From NCBI GenBank assembly GCA_031459625.1, contig JAVKIH010000003.1, positions 88,669-152,668 of the forward strand: a stretch of DNA of 64,000 nt. The letters are read 5' to 3'. The stretch comes from Candidatus Geohabitans tengchongensis. Its GTDB lineage: Bacteria; Sysuimicrobiota; Sysuimicrobiia; Sysuimicrobiales; Humicultoraceae. Each line of letters begins with the position of its first letter. Position 1 is the first letter of the stretch. Below the pieces are notes generated by a model, which was not told the DNA's origin, ran no database searches, and worked only from the letters and a program-made list of their open reading frames with translations. The translations under genes were made by a program, and so were the position numbers. Shown piece after piece: positions 19,947 to 30,587 of the stretch.

Positions 19947-20633
19947 TCAAGGCCCGGGGAGGAGCCACCCCGCTTCGCGGCCCTCCTGACGCAGGCTGGC
20001 CACGTGCTCGCGCAGGGCCGCCTCGGCCCGGTCCGGGTCCCGTGAGCGGATCGCCGCGGTAAGCCGGGCCAGCTCACGGAAGGATCGGGTCGTGCGTCCG
20101 CGGTTCTGCAGGAGGCGCGCGAGCAGCGGCCGCAGACGCCCCCGGACCCGCTCGACCGCCCGGGCCAGGATGGGGTTGCCGGCAGCGGAGCCCACCGCGG
20201 CGTGGATCGCCTCCTCGGCCGCGGCGAAGAAGGCCGCGTCGCCGCCCCGCGCCGCCACGCTCACCGTCTTGATGAGCGTGCTGAGCTGTGCCCGGACCTC
20301 GGGGGTCGCGCGCTCGGCCGCCCGCCTCGCGGCCATGCCCCCGACGGCCTCCCACAGGTCGAGGAGCCCGGCGGCGGTCTGTGGGGTCAGGGCCGCCACG
20401 ACCACCCCTCGCCCCCGCCGTCCCTCCACCAGTCCCTCGGCCAGGAGGCGGCGGAGAGCGTCGCGCACCGGTGTGCGGCTCACTCCCCAGGCGGCCGCCA
20501 CTGCCGACTCGCGCACCACCTCCCCCTCCTGCAGGCGACCGGAAAGGATGGCCTCGCGTAGACGGCGGTAGACCGTCTCCGCGGCGGTTTCCCGCGGGGG
20601 GATCGGGCCACCCAGCTCCACGAGATTCGGCAT
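19947..20633 (-). CDS. GntR family (FCD) transcriptional regulator
   Basis: VYRRLREAILSG..GVSRTPVRDAL wHTH plus FCD domain; ATG 20633 lies just downstream of TTGCAG-17bp-TATTCT. Confidence 0.88.
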   Translation of the reverse strand: MPNLVELGGPIPPRETAAETVYRRLREAILSGRLQEGEVVRESAVAAAWGVSRTPVRDALRRLLAEGLVEGRRGRGVVVAALTPQTAAGLLDLWEAVGGMAARRAAERATPEVRAQLSTLIKTVSVAARGGDAAFFAAAEEAIHAAVGSAAGNPILARAVERVRGRLRPLLARLLQNRGRTTRSFRELARLTAAIRSRDPDRAEAALREHVASLRQEGREAGWLLPGP

Positions 20634-20763
20634 TCGGTATCCAGAATACAGTACACATGATCCGCCTGCAAGATCCCCGTTGAAATGGGTTGTCAACGGC
20701 CCTTGAGCTCCGTTATTGTGGTCTTGAGAGAGCTTCTGACAGCATTTATTCCGGAGGTGCGGG

Positions 20764-21132
20764 ATGACCTACATCATCGCCGAGCCCTGTATCGGGACCA
20801 AGGACCGGTCCTGCGTGGAGGTCTGTCCGGTCGACTGCATCTACGAGTACGTCGAGGAGGTCGGCGGCTACGTCGTTCCGGACCCGGCCACGGGGGCCGG
20901 CCCCGACAAGCAGGTCATCCCCCGGGGGGAGGCCGTTCATGTCCCGCCCGACGACTTCCCCAAGGAGACCGCCCTCCAGCAGCTCTGGATCCACCCGGAG
21001 GAGTGCATCGACTGCGGGGCGTGCGAGTCCGTCTGCCCGGTGACGGCCATCTTCGCGGAGGCGGACGTCCCCGAGCAGTGGCGCCACTTCATCCCCCTGC
21101 AGTACCAGGCCTTCGGCCTGCAGCCGAAGTAG
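20764..21132 (+). CDS. 7Fe-type (FdxA-like) ferredoxin with large insertion
   Basis: MTYIIAEPC...CVEVCPVDCI...CIDCGACESVCP; GGAGGT SD. Confidence 0.9.
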   Translation: MTYIIAEPCIGTKDRSCVEVCPVDCIYEYVEEVGGYVVPDPATGAGPDKQVIPRGEAVHVPPDDFPKETALQQLWIHPEECIDCGACESVCPVTAIFAEADVPEQWRHFIPLQYQAFGLQPK

Positions 21133-21141
21133 CGTAGTCGG

Positions 21142-23580
21142 TCAGCTCACCGGGGGCGGCTCGGGTTGCCGGATCGCCTCCGGCTGCGGGATGGGCCGGT
21201 AGGCCGCCGCAGGGATCGTCGTCATCCCAGGCACCTGGGCCTGCGCCGGAGCCGGGGCGAAGGCCTCGGCCAGCACCTGGTCCATGTGGTCCACCAGCAC
21301 GATGCGCAGGGCCCGGCGGACGTTGGCCGGGATCTCGTGCAGGTCCTTCTCGTTCTCCTTCGGGAGGATGACGGTGCGGATGCCCGCCCGGTGGGCGGCC
21401 AGAACCTTCTCCTTGACCCCGCCGATGGGCAGGACCCGCCCGCGCAGGGTGATCTCCCCGGTCATGGCCACGTCTCGCCGCACCGGCCGGCCGGTGAGCG
21501 CCGAGGCCAGCGCCGTGGCCATGGTGATCCCGGCCGACGGCCCCTCCTTGGGCTGCGCCCCGGCCGGGACGTGGATGTGCACGTCCAGCTTGCGGTAGAA
21601 GTCCTCCGGCAGGCCCAGCCGCCGCGCCCGTGAGCGGACGTAGGAGAGCGCCGCCTGGCCGGACTCCTTCATCACCTCGCCCAGCTGCCCGGTGAGGATG
21701 AGCTTCCCCTCCCCCGGCATCAGCGTGGCCTCGACGCTGGTGACGTCCCCGCCCATCTCCGTGTAGACGAGCCCGGTGGCCACCCCGACCTCGTCCTCCT
21801 TCTCCAGGCTCCCGAAGCGGAAGCGCGGCGGCCCCAGGAACTTGTGCAGGGTGGCCACGGTGACGCGGACCTGGCGGGTGGACCCGCGGGCCACCTCGGT
21901 GGCCACCTTCCGGCAGATCGTCCCGATCTCCCGCTCCAGGTTGCGGACCCCGGCCTCCCGCGTGTACTCCCGGACGATGCGCCGCAGCGCCGCCTCGGTG
22001 AACTGCACGTGCTGCTCGGTCAGCCCCGTGGCCTTGCGCTGCTTGGGAATGAGGAACTGCTCGGCGATGCGGACCTTCTCCTCCTCGGTGTAGCCGGGGA
22101 AGCGGATGACCTCCATCCGGTCGCGCAGCGCCGGCGGCACCGTGTCCAGGATGTTGGCCGTGGTGATCCACATGACCTCGCTGAGGTCCAGGGCCAGCTC
22201 CAGGTAGTGGTCGCTGAAGGCGTGGTTCTGCTCCGGGTCGAGCGCCTCCAGCAGCGCCGCCGAGGGGTCCCCGCGGAAGTCCACGCCGAGCTTGTCGATC
22301 TCGTCCAGCATGAAGACGGGGTTGCGGCTGCCGGCCTGCTTCAGCCCCTGGACGATCCGCCCCGGCAGCGCCCCCACGTAGGTACGCCGGTGGCCGCGGA
22401 TCTCCGCCTCGTCCCGCACGCCGCCGAGCGAGACCCGCACGAACTTCCGCCCCAGCGCCCGGGCGATGGACTTGCCCAGCGAGGTCTTCCCCACGCCGGG
22501 CGGGCCGACGAAGCACAGGATGGGGCCCTTGCTCTCCCGGGCCAGCTTGCGCACGGCCAGGTACTCGATGACCCGCTCCTTGGCCTTGGTCAGGCCGTAG
22601 TGGTCCTCGTCCAGGATCCGCCGCGCCTCGTCGATGTCCAGGCGGTCCTCGGTGGTCACCGACCAGGGGATGGCCAGGATCCAGTCGAGGTAGGTGCGGA
22701 CCACCACCGCCTCGGCCACCATGGGCGGCATCTTCTCCAGCCGGGCCAGCTCCTCCAGGGCCTTCTCCTTGACGTGGGCGGGGAGGTTGGCCGCCTCGAT
22801 CTTCTTGCGGTACTCGGCCGCCTCAGCCTGGCGCTCGTCGCTCTCCCCCAGCTCCTGCTGGATGGCCTTCATCTGCTCCTTGAGGAAGTACTCCCGCTGG
22901 GACTTCTCCATCTGCTTGCGGACGCGGTTCTGGATCTTCCGCTCCAGCTCGAGGATGGAGATCTCCCGCGAGAGCAACTGCCCCAGCTTCTCCAGGCGCT
23001 CCTGGGGCGGCGCCTCGAGCAGCTCCTGGCGCTCCTCCAGCTTGAGGTTGAGGTGCTGCGCCACCAGGTCGGCCAGCCGGCCCGGCTCCTCCGCCTGCAT
23101 GATGGTGACGAACTGGTCGGGCGGCACCGCCCGGGACAGCCGGGCGAAGCGCTCGAAGGAGGCGGAGAGCCCGCGCACCAGGGCCTCCACCTCCAGGCTC
23201 CGCTCCACCACGTCGGGTCGGGCGGCGATGCGCACCGCGAAGTAGGGCTCGGTGTGGAGGTACTCCAGGATCTCGGCCCGGACCACGCCCTCCACGATCA
23301 CCTGCAGGACGCCGTCCGGCTGCTTGCCCACCTGCAGGATGCGGCACACCGTCCCCACCCGGTGGATGTCGTCGGGGGTGGGATCCTCGATGTCGTCCTG
23401 CCGCTGGGCGACCAGGAGGATGAGCTTCTCCCCCTCCGCCCCCAGCGCCGCCTCCAGGGCCCGCAGCGACTTGGGCCGCCCCACCCCCAGGCCCTGGGCC
23501 TGGTGGGGGAAGACGATGGTGCCCTTCAGCGGCAGGAGCGGCAGGGTCTCCCGGGCCACGGCCGTCATCTCCGTGCTCAT
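21142..23580 (-). CDS. lon: ATP-dependent Lon protease
   Basis: [35 protein letters not shown]. Confidence 0.97.
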   Translation of the reverse strand: MSTEMTAVARETLPLLPLKGTIVFPHQAQGLGVGRPKSLRALEAALGAEGEKLILLVAQRQDDIEDPTPDDIHRVGTVCRILQVGKQPDGVLQVIVEGVVRAEILEYLHTEPYFAVRIAARPDVVERSLEVEALVRGLSASFERFARLSRAVPPDQFVTIMQAEEPGRLADLVAQHLNLKLEERQELLEAPPQERLEKLGQLLSREISILELERKIQNRVRKQMEKSQREYFLKEQMKAIQQELGESDERQAEAAEYRKKIEAANLPAHVKEKALEELARLEKMPPMVAEAVVVRTYLDWILAIPWSVTTEDRLDIDEARRILDEDHYGLTKAKERVIEYLAVRKLARESKGPILCFVGPPGVGKTSLGKSIARALGRKFVRVSLGGVRDEAEIRGHRRTYVGALPGRIVQGLKQAGSRNPVFMLDEIDKLGVDFRGDPSAALLEALDPEQNHAFSDHYLELALDLSEVMWITTANILDTVPPALRDRMEVIRFPGYTEEEKVRIAEQFLIPKQRKATGLTEQHVQFTEAALRRIVREYTREAGVRNLEREIGTICRKVATEVARGSTRQVRVTVATLHKFLGPPRFRFGSLEKEDEVGVATGLVYTEMGGDVTSVEATLMPGEGKLILTGQLGEVMKESGQAALSYVRSRARRLGLPEDFYRKLDVHIHVPAGAQPKEGPSAGITMATALASALTGRPVRRDVAMTGEITLRGRVLPIGGVKEKVLAAHRAGIRTVILPKENEKDLHEIPANVRRALRIVLVDHMDQVLAEAFAPAPAQAQVPGMTTIPAAAYRPIPQPEAIRQPEPPPVS

Positions 23581-23755
23581 CCAGCCTCCTCTACCCGATC
23601 TGTGCCCATAAAGAGAAAACGGGGCGCCCCCCGCCCCCTGTTCCCTGCCTCTGGCGCTACTTCCAGGATACCAGGGCGGCCGGCAGCCCGCCAGATCGGC
23701 GCGGGGCCCCGGGCCGGCCGGACCATCCCGCAGCGGCCCGGCGCCGCGACGGCCC

Positions 23756-25024
23756 TCAGGAGGCCGGCTTCTCCTTGGCCAGGCGGCGCAGGTCGGCCGA
23801 GGTGAGCAGGATGGGGTCGCGCCGCCGCAGCACCGCCTCCTCCGTGACGACGCAGCGCTTCACGTCGGTGCGGGAGGGGATGTCGTACATGATGTTGAGC
23901 ATGATCTCCTCGATGATGGTGCGCAGCCCGCGTGCCCCCGTGTTGCGGGCCATGGCCTCGCGCGCGATGGCCCGCAGGGCGTCGTCGGTGAAGATCAGCT
24001 CCACCCCGTCCATGTCGAGGATCTTCTGGTACTGCCGCACCAGGGCGTTGCGCGGCTCCACCAGGATGCGGATGAGGTCGGCCTCCTCCAGGGGGTCGAG
24101 GGGGACGATGATGGGCAACCGGCCGACGAACTCCGGGATCATGCCGTAGCGCAGCAGGTCCTGGGGCATGACCTTGCTGAGCGTTTCCCCCAGCCGCCGC
24201 TTGGCCCGGGACTCCACGTGCGCACCGAAGCCCATGCTGCTCTGGCGCACGCGCGTCTCGATGATCCGCTCCAGCCCGTCGAAGGCCCCGCCGCAGATGA
24301 AGAGGATGTTCGTCGTGTCGATCTGGATGAACTCCTGGTGGGGGTGCTTCCGTCCGCCCTGCGGCGGGACGTTGGCCACCGTCCCCTCCAGGATCTTCAG
24401 CAGCGCCTGCTGCACCCCCTCGCCGGAGACGTCACGGGTGATGGAGGGGTTCTCGCTCTTGCGGGCGATCTTGTCGACCTCGTCGATGTAGATGATGCCG
24501 CGCTCGGCCTTCTTGATGTCGTAGTCGGCCGCCTGGATCAGGCGCAGGAGGATGTTCTCCACGTCCTCGCCCACGTAGCCGGCCTCGGTGAGCGAGGTGG
24601 CGTCGGCGATGGCGAAGGGGACGTCGAGGATGCGGGCCAGGGTCTGGGCCAGCAGCGTCTTGCCGCACCCGGTGGGGCCGATGAGCAGGATGTTGGACTT
24701 CTGCAGCTCCACGTCGTTGGGGCGGCGGGAGCCGATGCGCTTGTAGTGGTTGTAGACGGCCACCGCCAGGGCCTTCTTGGCCCGGTCCTGGCCGACGACG
24801 TACTGGCAGAGGGTGTCGTAGATCTCCCGGGGCTTGGGAGTGGTGCGGACGGGGCCGGGGGCCTCCTCGGCGGAGAACTCCTCCTCGATGATCTCGTTGC
24901 ACAGCTCGATGCACTCGTCGCAGATGTACACCCCCGGCCCGGCCACGAGCTTGCGCACCTGCTCCTGGGACTTGCCGCAGAAGGAGCACTTGAGCCGCTC
25001 GCGCTCGTCGCCGAACCGGAACAT
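23756..25024 (-). CDS. clpX: ATP-dependent Clp protease ATP-binding subunit
   Basis: CSFCGK zinc-binding domain, [29 protein letters not shown] loop. Confidence 0.97.
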   Translation of the reverse strand: MFRFGDERERLKCSFCGKSQEQVRKLVAGPGVYICDECIELCNEIIEEEFSAEEAPGPVRTTPKPREIYDTLCQYVVGQDRAKKALAVAVYNHYKRIGSRRPNDVELQKSNILLIGPTGCGKTLLAQTLARILDVPFAIADATSLTEAGYVGEDVENILLRLIQAADYDIKKAERGIIYIDEVDKIARKSENPSITRDVSGEGVQQALLKILEGTVANVPPQGGRKHPHQEFIQIDTTNILFICGGAFDGLERIIETRVRQSSMGFGAHVESRAKRRLGETLSKVMPQDLLRYGMIPEFVGRLPIIVPLDPLEEADLIRILVEPRNALVRQYQKILDMDGVELIFTDDALRAIAREAMARNTGARGLRTIIEEIMLNIMYDIPSRTDVKRCVVTEEAVLRRRDPILLTSADLRRLAKEKPAS

Positions 25025-25059
25025 CCCGTCCACGGGCACGTCGCCCCCGCCCGTCCCGC

Positions 25060-25662
25060 CTACTTCACCGCCACGGCCTTGCGCGGGACGATGATCTCGT
25101 CGATGATGCCGTACTCCTTGGCCTGCTCGGCGCTCATCCAGAAGTTGCGGTCGGTGTCGCGCTCGATGCGCTCCAGGGGCTGCCCGGTGTGGCGCGCCAG
25201 GATCTCGTTCATGAGCTGGCGCAGCCGGATGACCTCCCGGGCCTGGATGTCGATGTCCACGGCCTGACCCTGCGCCCCTCCCCAGGGCTGGTGGATCATG
25301 ATGCGGGAGTACGGCAGGGAGGAGCGCTTGCCCTTCGTCCCCCCGGCCAGGACCAGCGCGCCGCCGCTGGCGGCCAGCCCTACGCACACCGTCTGCACGT
25401 CCGGACGGACGTACTGCATCGTGTCGTAGATGGCCAGCGAGGAGATCAGGTCCCCCCCCGGGCTGTTCACGTACATGATGATGTCCTTGTCGGGGTCGTC
25501 CCCCTCCAGGAAGAGCAGCTGGGCGATGACCAGGTTGGCGACGTCGTCGTCGATGGGCCCGCCCAGGAAGACAATGCGCTCCTTCAGCAGACGGGAGTAG
25601 ATGTCGTAGCCGCGCTCGCCGCGCGGCGTGGACTCGATGACGTACGGGATCAGCGGTGGCAT
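25060..25662 (-). CDS. clpP: Clp protease proteolytic subunit
   Basis: [34 protein letters not shown] at the catalytic Asp position. Confidence 0.95.
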   Translation of the reverse strand: MPPLIPYVIESTPRGERGYDIYSRLLKERIVFLGGPIDDDVANLVIAQLLFLEGDDPDKDIIMYVNSPGGDLISSLAIYDTMQYVRPDVQTVCVGLAASGGALVLAGGTKGKRSSLPYSRIMIHQPWGGAQGQAVDIDIQAREVIRLRQLMNEILARHTGQPLERIERDTDRNFWMSAEQAKEYGIIDEIIVPRKAVAVK

Positions 25663-25665
25663 GTC

Positions 25666-26961
25666 TCAGGCATCCTCCTCGCGCGTCTCCGTCGGTGGGG
25701 GCGCAGGCGCCTCGGCGGCGGCCAGCCCCAGGAGGAACTGCACGGTCTTGCGGCGCCGGAGCGAGGCCGCCAGCGCGTCGCGGCGCCCTTCCCGGGCGAG
25801 CCACTCGCGCACGCGTGACGCGTCCTGCCCGAGACTCTGCGCAAGGTTCTCTACCTCCGCAGCCATCTCCTCCTCCGTGGGCTCGAGCCCCTCGCGGCGC
25901 GCGATGGCGTCCAGGACGAGCCGGGTGCGCAGGCGCCCCTCCGCCGCCGCGGTCAGGTCCGCCTCCACCTCTTCCATACTCTTCTCGGCCGCCCGGCGGT
26001 AGGTTTCCAGGGTCAGGCCCCGCCGCCGCAGCGACGCCTCCAGGTCCTCCCGCAGGTGCGCCACCTCGTGCGCCACCATCGAGCGCGGCAGGTCCACGGT
26101 GCCCCGGCGGAGCACCTCGCGCAGCACGGCCTCCGCGTAGGCCTCCTCGGCCCGGCGGGCGGCGTCGGCGGCCAGCCGGCTCTCCACCTGGGCTCGCAGC
26201 GCCGCCAGGCTCTCCGCCCCCTCCAGCCTGGCCAGCGCGTCGTCCAGGGGCGGGAGCTCGCGGCGCTTCACGTCACTCACCAGAACCACGAGGACCTCGT
26301 CGCTATTCCCCCGGGGCAGGCGGCGCTCCTCGCCGGGGCGGGCGCCCACCAGCCCCTGCTCCAGGGCCTCCGGGTAGGTGCCGCTGCCGATCTCCACTAG
26401 GTACTCTTTGCCCGCCTGCAGCCGCCCCGCCCCCGCCGGACCCTCCAGGACCCGGATCAGGACGAAGTCCCCGGGCGCGGCCGGCTCCCCCGAGGCGACC
26501 AGCGTGGCATGGCGCAGGCGCAGGTCCTCCAGCGCGCGGTCCACCACCCCCTCCTCGAGCGTCTGCGCGGGGCGCGGGACGCGCACCTCCCGGTAGGGGC
26601 CGGGGTCGACCTCGGGTGCCACCTCCACGGTGGCGGTGAAGCGCAGCGGGGCGTCGGGCGAGACCTGCCGCTCGTCCACGTCGATCTCGGGGCGGCTGAT
26701 CGGTTCCAGCCCCACCTGCTCCATCGCCTGGAAGACGGTACGGGGCAGGAGGAGCTTGAGGGTCTCATCCACGACCCCGTCGCGGCCGACGTAGCGCTCG
26801 ACCAGGGCGGCCGGCGCACGACCGCGGCGGAAGCCGGGGATGTTCACCCGGTGGGCCAGGCGGCGGTGCGCCTCGCGCATCGCCTCGGCCACCGCTTCCG
26901 CCGGGAGCTCCACCTCCAGGACCGCCCGGCTCTGGGGTTCCCGCCGCACTTCGACCTTCAT
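25666..26961 (-). CDS. tig: trigger factor
   Basis: [10 protein letters not shown] ribosome-binding motif; tig-clpP-clpX-lon synteny; start may be GTG 26973. Confidence 0.92.
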   Translation of the reverse strand: MKVEVRREPQSRAVLEVELPAEAVAEAMREAHRRLAHRVNIPGFRRGRAPAALVERYVGRDGVVDETLKLLLPRTVFQAMEQVGLEPISRPEIDVDERQVSPDAPLRFTATVEVAPEVDPGPYREVRVPRPAQTLEEGVVDRALEDLRLRHATLVASGEPAAPGDFVLIRVLEGPAGAGRLQAGKEYLVEIGSGTYPEALEQGLVGARPGEERRLPRGNSDEVLVVLVSDVKRRELPPLDDALARLEGAESLAALRAQVESRLAADAARRAEEAYAEAVLREVLRRGTVDLPRSMVAHEVAHLREDLEASLRRRGLTLETYRRAAEKSMEEVEADLTAAAEGRLRTRLVLDAIARREGLEPTEEEMAAEVENLAQSLGQDASRVREWLAREGRRDALAASLRRRKTVQFLLGLAAAEAPAPPPTETREEDA

Positions 26962-27148
26962 CGCCTCGGCCACTTCGGCTCCTCCCCGCGGGCCCTTCGC
27001 CACCGCACGGCCTGCGTCGCGCGCCCGCTCCGCTCCGGGCTTGGGACGTCCCTGACCAACACGGACCCCGACGGCCCGGAACGAAAGAGCGGCCCGGGGC
27101 ACCGCCCCGACGGCCGCCTCCGGCGTCCAGCCGCCCTCCGCGCCGCAC

Positions 27149-27236
27149 TGGTGCGGGCGGAGGGATTCGAACCCCCACCGGCTCGCGCCGACCAGATCCT
27201 AAGTCTGGCGCCTGTACCTGATTCGGCTACGCCCGC
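27149..27236 (-). tRNA. tRNA-Leu(TAG)
   Basis: Anticodon arm CCAGA-CTTAGGA-TCTGG, long variable arm, GGTTCGAATCC, CCA. Confidence 0.95.
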
Positions 27237-27248
27237 GCCACGTCACCC

Positions 27249-27324
27249 TGGAGGGCCGTGAGGGACTCGAACCCCCAACACGAGGCTTAAGAGGCCCCTG
27301 CTCTGCCTGTTGAGCTAACGGCCC
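27249..27324 (-). tRNA. tRNA-Lys(CTT)
   Basis: GGGGC-CTCTTAA-GCCTC anticodon arm, GGTTCGAGTCC, CCA; TATAAT at 27340-27345 upstream. Confidence 0.95.
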
Positions 27325-27374
27325 TCACACCAACCTCTCATTATAGCGGGGGCGGGTCGGCGCTCAACCCGGAG

Positions 27375-27698
27375 CTACCCGGGCAGGACCACGTGCTCCT
27401 CCAGGACCACCGTCCCCGAGGCGCGGGTGAAGCGGCCCAGGTCGGCCAGGATCTCCCGCACCTCGGGCGAACGGACGTCGGCGTCGAACTCCTCGCGGGA
27501 GGCCCACGTGAGCTCGGCCAGGCCGTCGAAGGGGGCCTCGCCGCGGGGGAGCGTGCCCACCACCCGCCGCACGACGTAACGCTGCAGCCGGGTGTAGACG
27601 CGCCGGACCAGCGTCGCGTGCGGGCCCAGCCAGTAGGCCAGGAACGCCTCGTCGCTCATCCCTTCCGCCTTGCACACCCAGGTGGCGATGGTGAACAT
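27375..27698 (-). CDS. EthD-family dimeric alpha/beta-barrel protein
   Basis: GMSDEAFLAYWLGPHA...FDGLAELTW...ILADLGRF. Confidence 0.8.
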   Translation of the reverse strand: MFTIATWVCKAEGMSDEAFLAYWLGPHATLVRRVYTRLQRYVVRRVVGTLPRGEAPFDGLAELTWASREEFDADVRSPEVREILADLGRFTRASGTVVLEEHVVLPG

Positions 27699-27767
27699 GG
27701 CGCGTCCTTCCCCGCACGACCCCTCTCCTCCTCCCCGCCGACCGGCCCGGTCTGGTACACTGGGCGA

Positions 27768-27845
27768 GGGCCCGTAGCTCAGCTGGACAGCAGCGACGCC
27801 CTTCGAAGGCGTAGGTCGGGGGTTCGAGTCCCTCCGGGCCCGCCA
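27768..27845 (+). tRNA. tRNA-Arg(TCG)
   Basis: ACGCC-CTTCGAA-GGCGT anticodon arm, GGTTCGAGTCC, GCCA end. Confidence 0.92.
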
Positions 27846-27967
27846 CCCTCCCGTGGTCGACTGCTCCTTCCCCCCGCTCGTCGCCTCACTTTTCAGAAGA
27901 CTGATTGGACGGCCTCATCCCCCGGGTACCTACGTTTCTGACACCCGTGCGGATCCGTCCGCCATCC

Positions 27968-29191
27968 ATGTCTGCGGGCCCCGACCACGTGCGTCTCCTG
28001 CTGAGCCGCCTGGTGCTCTTCGGCCTGGTCGGCACGAGCGGGGTGCTGGTCAACGTGGCGATCTTCTCGACGCTCACGGCGCTGGGGGTCGGCTACCTGC
28101 CGGCGGGCGTGGCCGCCGCCGTCGGGGCGATGGCGTGGAACTTCCTGGGGAACGACGCGGTCACCTTCGACGACGGGGGGCGCCACCTCTGCCGCCGGCA
28201 CCGGGCGGCGCGCTTCGGCCTCGTCTACGGCCTGGGCCTGCTGGTGGCCGCCTCGCGGCCTGGCCGCCCGTGGCGCGAGGCCCACCTCCAGGGAGGGCTC
28301 GTCTGGGACCCCCTGCGTGCCGCCTCGGGACGTGGGGTGTTGGCTCGGATGACCGGGCTCTACGACGTAGAGATCCCCGACAGCACCGAGCTCTCACTGG
28401 TGAACCTGGAGTTCCGGAACCGCAACCCGCGGCACGCCTCAGGCTCGCTCTTCTACGGGATCCGGATCATCACCGAAGCGGACGGGATCGACGGGGCTGC
28501 GGGGATCGCCGTCGGGAACCGCGGCCGGGGCGACTACATCTACCTGGACGTCGCCGGGAAGGCCGGTCCCGCCCCGCGCAACAGTCCCACCGGTATTGGC
28601 ATCGACCTCAACCGCCAGGGGATGGGGGAGAATTCCTCCACCCACAGCGGGTACGGCATCCAGATCTGGGACTGGAGTTTGACGGACGGCGGGGCGAACG
28701 GACCGACGGCGTTGCGGCTGCGCAAGCACCGCAATGCCAACACCGGTCATCTCCTCCTGTCGTTGGAGGGCAACCGGCACCTGATCCGGCTCTCCACCCC
28801 GGAAGGGCCCCAGTTTGACCCCGCCGCTCCCGTCGTGGAGCTCCGGGGGGCCAACGGCGCCTCCCGATGGACGGTCCACGCCGGTGGCCAGCAGACCTTC
28901 GGCCCGGAGGTCAGCCTGATCTTCACGCTCCCCGGTGGCCCCCCGGCCTCCATGCGGGCGGCTGACGGCTACCTGGAGGTGCGGGGCGGGGCGAGCGGCG
29001 TGCGTGTCGTGTCAGGCGCCGGGGGGCCAAACAGCGTACTCGTCCAGTTCAGCGACGGGGACCTCGCCGCCGACGAAACCGTGTTGCTGGTGCGGAGCCG
29101 CACCGGTGGCACCGTCACGGTCAAGCGGGTCACGCTCGGCCCTCCGGACAGCTGCGGACAGGGGTATCGCTGTCTTCGCGTCACAAATTGA
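27968..29191 (+). CDS. chimeric protein: truncated GtrA-like N-terminus fused to a beta-rich tailspike-like region
   Basis: FGLVGTSGVLVN...WNFLGNDAVTF GtrA motif; C-terminal KRVTLGPPDSCGQGYRCLRVTN. Confidence 0.6.
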   Translation: MSAGPDHVRLLLSRLVLFGLVGTSGVLVNVAIFSTLTALGVGYLPAGVAAAVGAMAWNFLGNDAVTFDDGGRHLCRRHRAARFGLVYGLGLLVAASRPGRPWREAHLQGGLVWDPLRAASGRGVLARMTGLYDVEIPDSTELSLVNLEFRNRNPRHASGSLFYGIRIITEADGIDGAAGIAVGNRGRGDYIYLDVAGKAGPAPRNSPTGIGIDLNRQGMGENSSTHSGYGIQIWDWSLTDGGANGPTALRLRKHRNANTGHLLLSLEGNRHLIRLSTPEGPQFDPAAPVVELRGANGASRWTVHAGGQQTFGPEVSLIFTLPGGPPASMRAADGYLEVRGGASGVRVVSGAGGPNSVLVQFSDGDLAADETVLLVRSRTGGTVTVKRVTLGPPDSCGQGYRCLRVTN

Positions 29192-29403
29192 CCGCGGGCA
29201 CACCGTCCGCGTACCTGCGCGTGCATGCGGGCCGGAGCCACGGTGGCGGCGATTCCTCTTGACGCCTGGTTCCCCCACCAGTTATCGGGGTATCCTGCCG
29301 ATTCCCTCTTTTGTAGACCCTTGCAGGCCCCTTGCGACGCCTTACCCACCCGGCACGTGGTGGAGAGCTCCCTGCCACTGGAGACCCCTCCGCGCCGGAT
29401 CTC

Positions 29404-29428
29404 TCACAACGAAATATCTTCGTTGTGA
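29404..29428. repeat. 25-bp palindrome, copy A
   Basis: TCACAACGAA-ATATC-TTCGTTGTGA with perfect 10-bp arms. Confidence 0.8.
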
Positions 29429-29440
29429 AGGGACCCCGTA

Positions 29441-30532
29441 ATGTTTGGGGAGGCGGCCGATGTCTGGGGTGTGAAGTGGACAACTGTCCCGTGCAGACCG
29501 CCACAACGGTGGGATAAGCGTCGCTGGGCCCGACCGTTAGGTCATGTCACCCGGCTGCGGATCCTCCTGCGACTCCATCGAAGGTCACACGCGGTGACGG
29601 CCCTGGCCGTCGCCCTTGGCCTGGAGCAACCGCGAATCTCCCACCACCTCAAGATTCTGCGCCGCGCCGGACTCGTCACCGGGACGCGGCAGGGTCGGCT
29701 ACGGGTCTACGCCCTCGTTCCGCATCGGGCACCGGACCGGCACGTCCTGCTGGAGGCCCTCCTTAACTCCTACCGCTCGCGTGTGGGACGCCTGCGGGCC
29801 AGCCGGGCGGCGCGGCCGCCAGGTGCGGCCGTGCCCGACCTCCGGCACGCCCGCACCTGCTTCGATCACCTGGGAGGACTCGCCGGAGTCGCGCTCCTGG
29901 CGGAGCTGGTCCACCGGGGATGGCTGGTCGAGCGTTCCGCCAGTCCAGCAGCCAGCGGGCCCGGGCCCATCCCTCCTGCATATGCGCTGACGACCCGAGG
30001 CATCACCCGGCTGCGCCGCCTGGGTGTGCACGTGCTGCGCGCCACCGTCGCTCTGCGGCGCTCCGTCGTCTATATCTGTCCGGATTGGGGAGCGGACCGC
30101 CCGCATCTTGGAGGGACGCTGGGGGCGGAGATCCTCATCGCCCTCTTGCAGGCAGGGGTCGTGCGCCGGGTGGCTACTGCGCGCGGTCTGGTCCTCCGCC
30201 GCTCCATCGCCGCCTGGCTCGATGAGGGGGAGCGCCCGCCCCGGCGACCGCCCTCGGCGCGCAGACCCCGGCAGCGGCCGCCGATGCCTGGGCACCGGAG
30301 CCCTCAGCCCTGGAGAGCACCGTTACGCCGAGAGCGGCGCGGCAGCTTTCCTAGCCGTTCCCCTATGGGGATGGCTACAGCGCGGCCGCTGGCGGGTAGC
30401 CGACGATGGCCAGGGCCTCCCGCAGGCGCTCCTCGGAGACCTGCGCGGGGTCGAACACGACGTCGACTTCCCGGCTCTCCGCCCGCCCTTCCACGCGGGT
30501 CACGCCCGGGAGGCGCTGCAGAGTCGCTGTGA
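29441..30532 (+). pseudogene. ArsR/SmtB-family regulator, probably degenerate
   Basis: TRLRIL...QPRISHHLKILRRAGLV HTH plus ARTCFDHLGG / CPDW..RPHLGG domain; aberrant N-terminus and a tail running antisense into copZ. Confidence 0.6.
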
Positions 30533-30587
30533 CCGTCGCCACGCACCCCTCACAGTGGATCCGAGGGATCTTGAACGTCCGCTTCAT
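30375..30587 (-). CDS. copZ: copper chaperone (HMA domain)
   Basis: IHCEGC HMA motif, 70 aa, translationally coupled to copA. Confidence 0.88.
   Translation of the reverse strand: MKRTFKIPRIHCEGCVATVTATLQRLPGVTRVEGRAESREVDVVFDPAQVSEERLREALAIVGYPPAAAL

Noticed and set aside
15224..19989. Very long ORFs (1581 aa on +, 1492 aa on -)
   Set aside because: Shadow ORFs antisense or out of frame to valS and neighbours, expected at high GC; low-complexity Arg/Gly/Pro translations.
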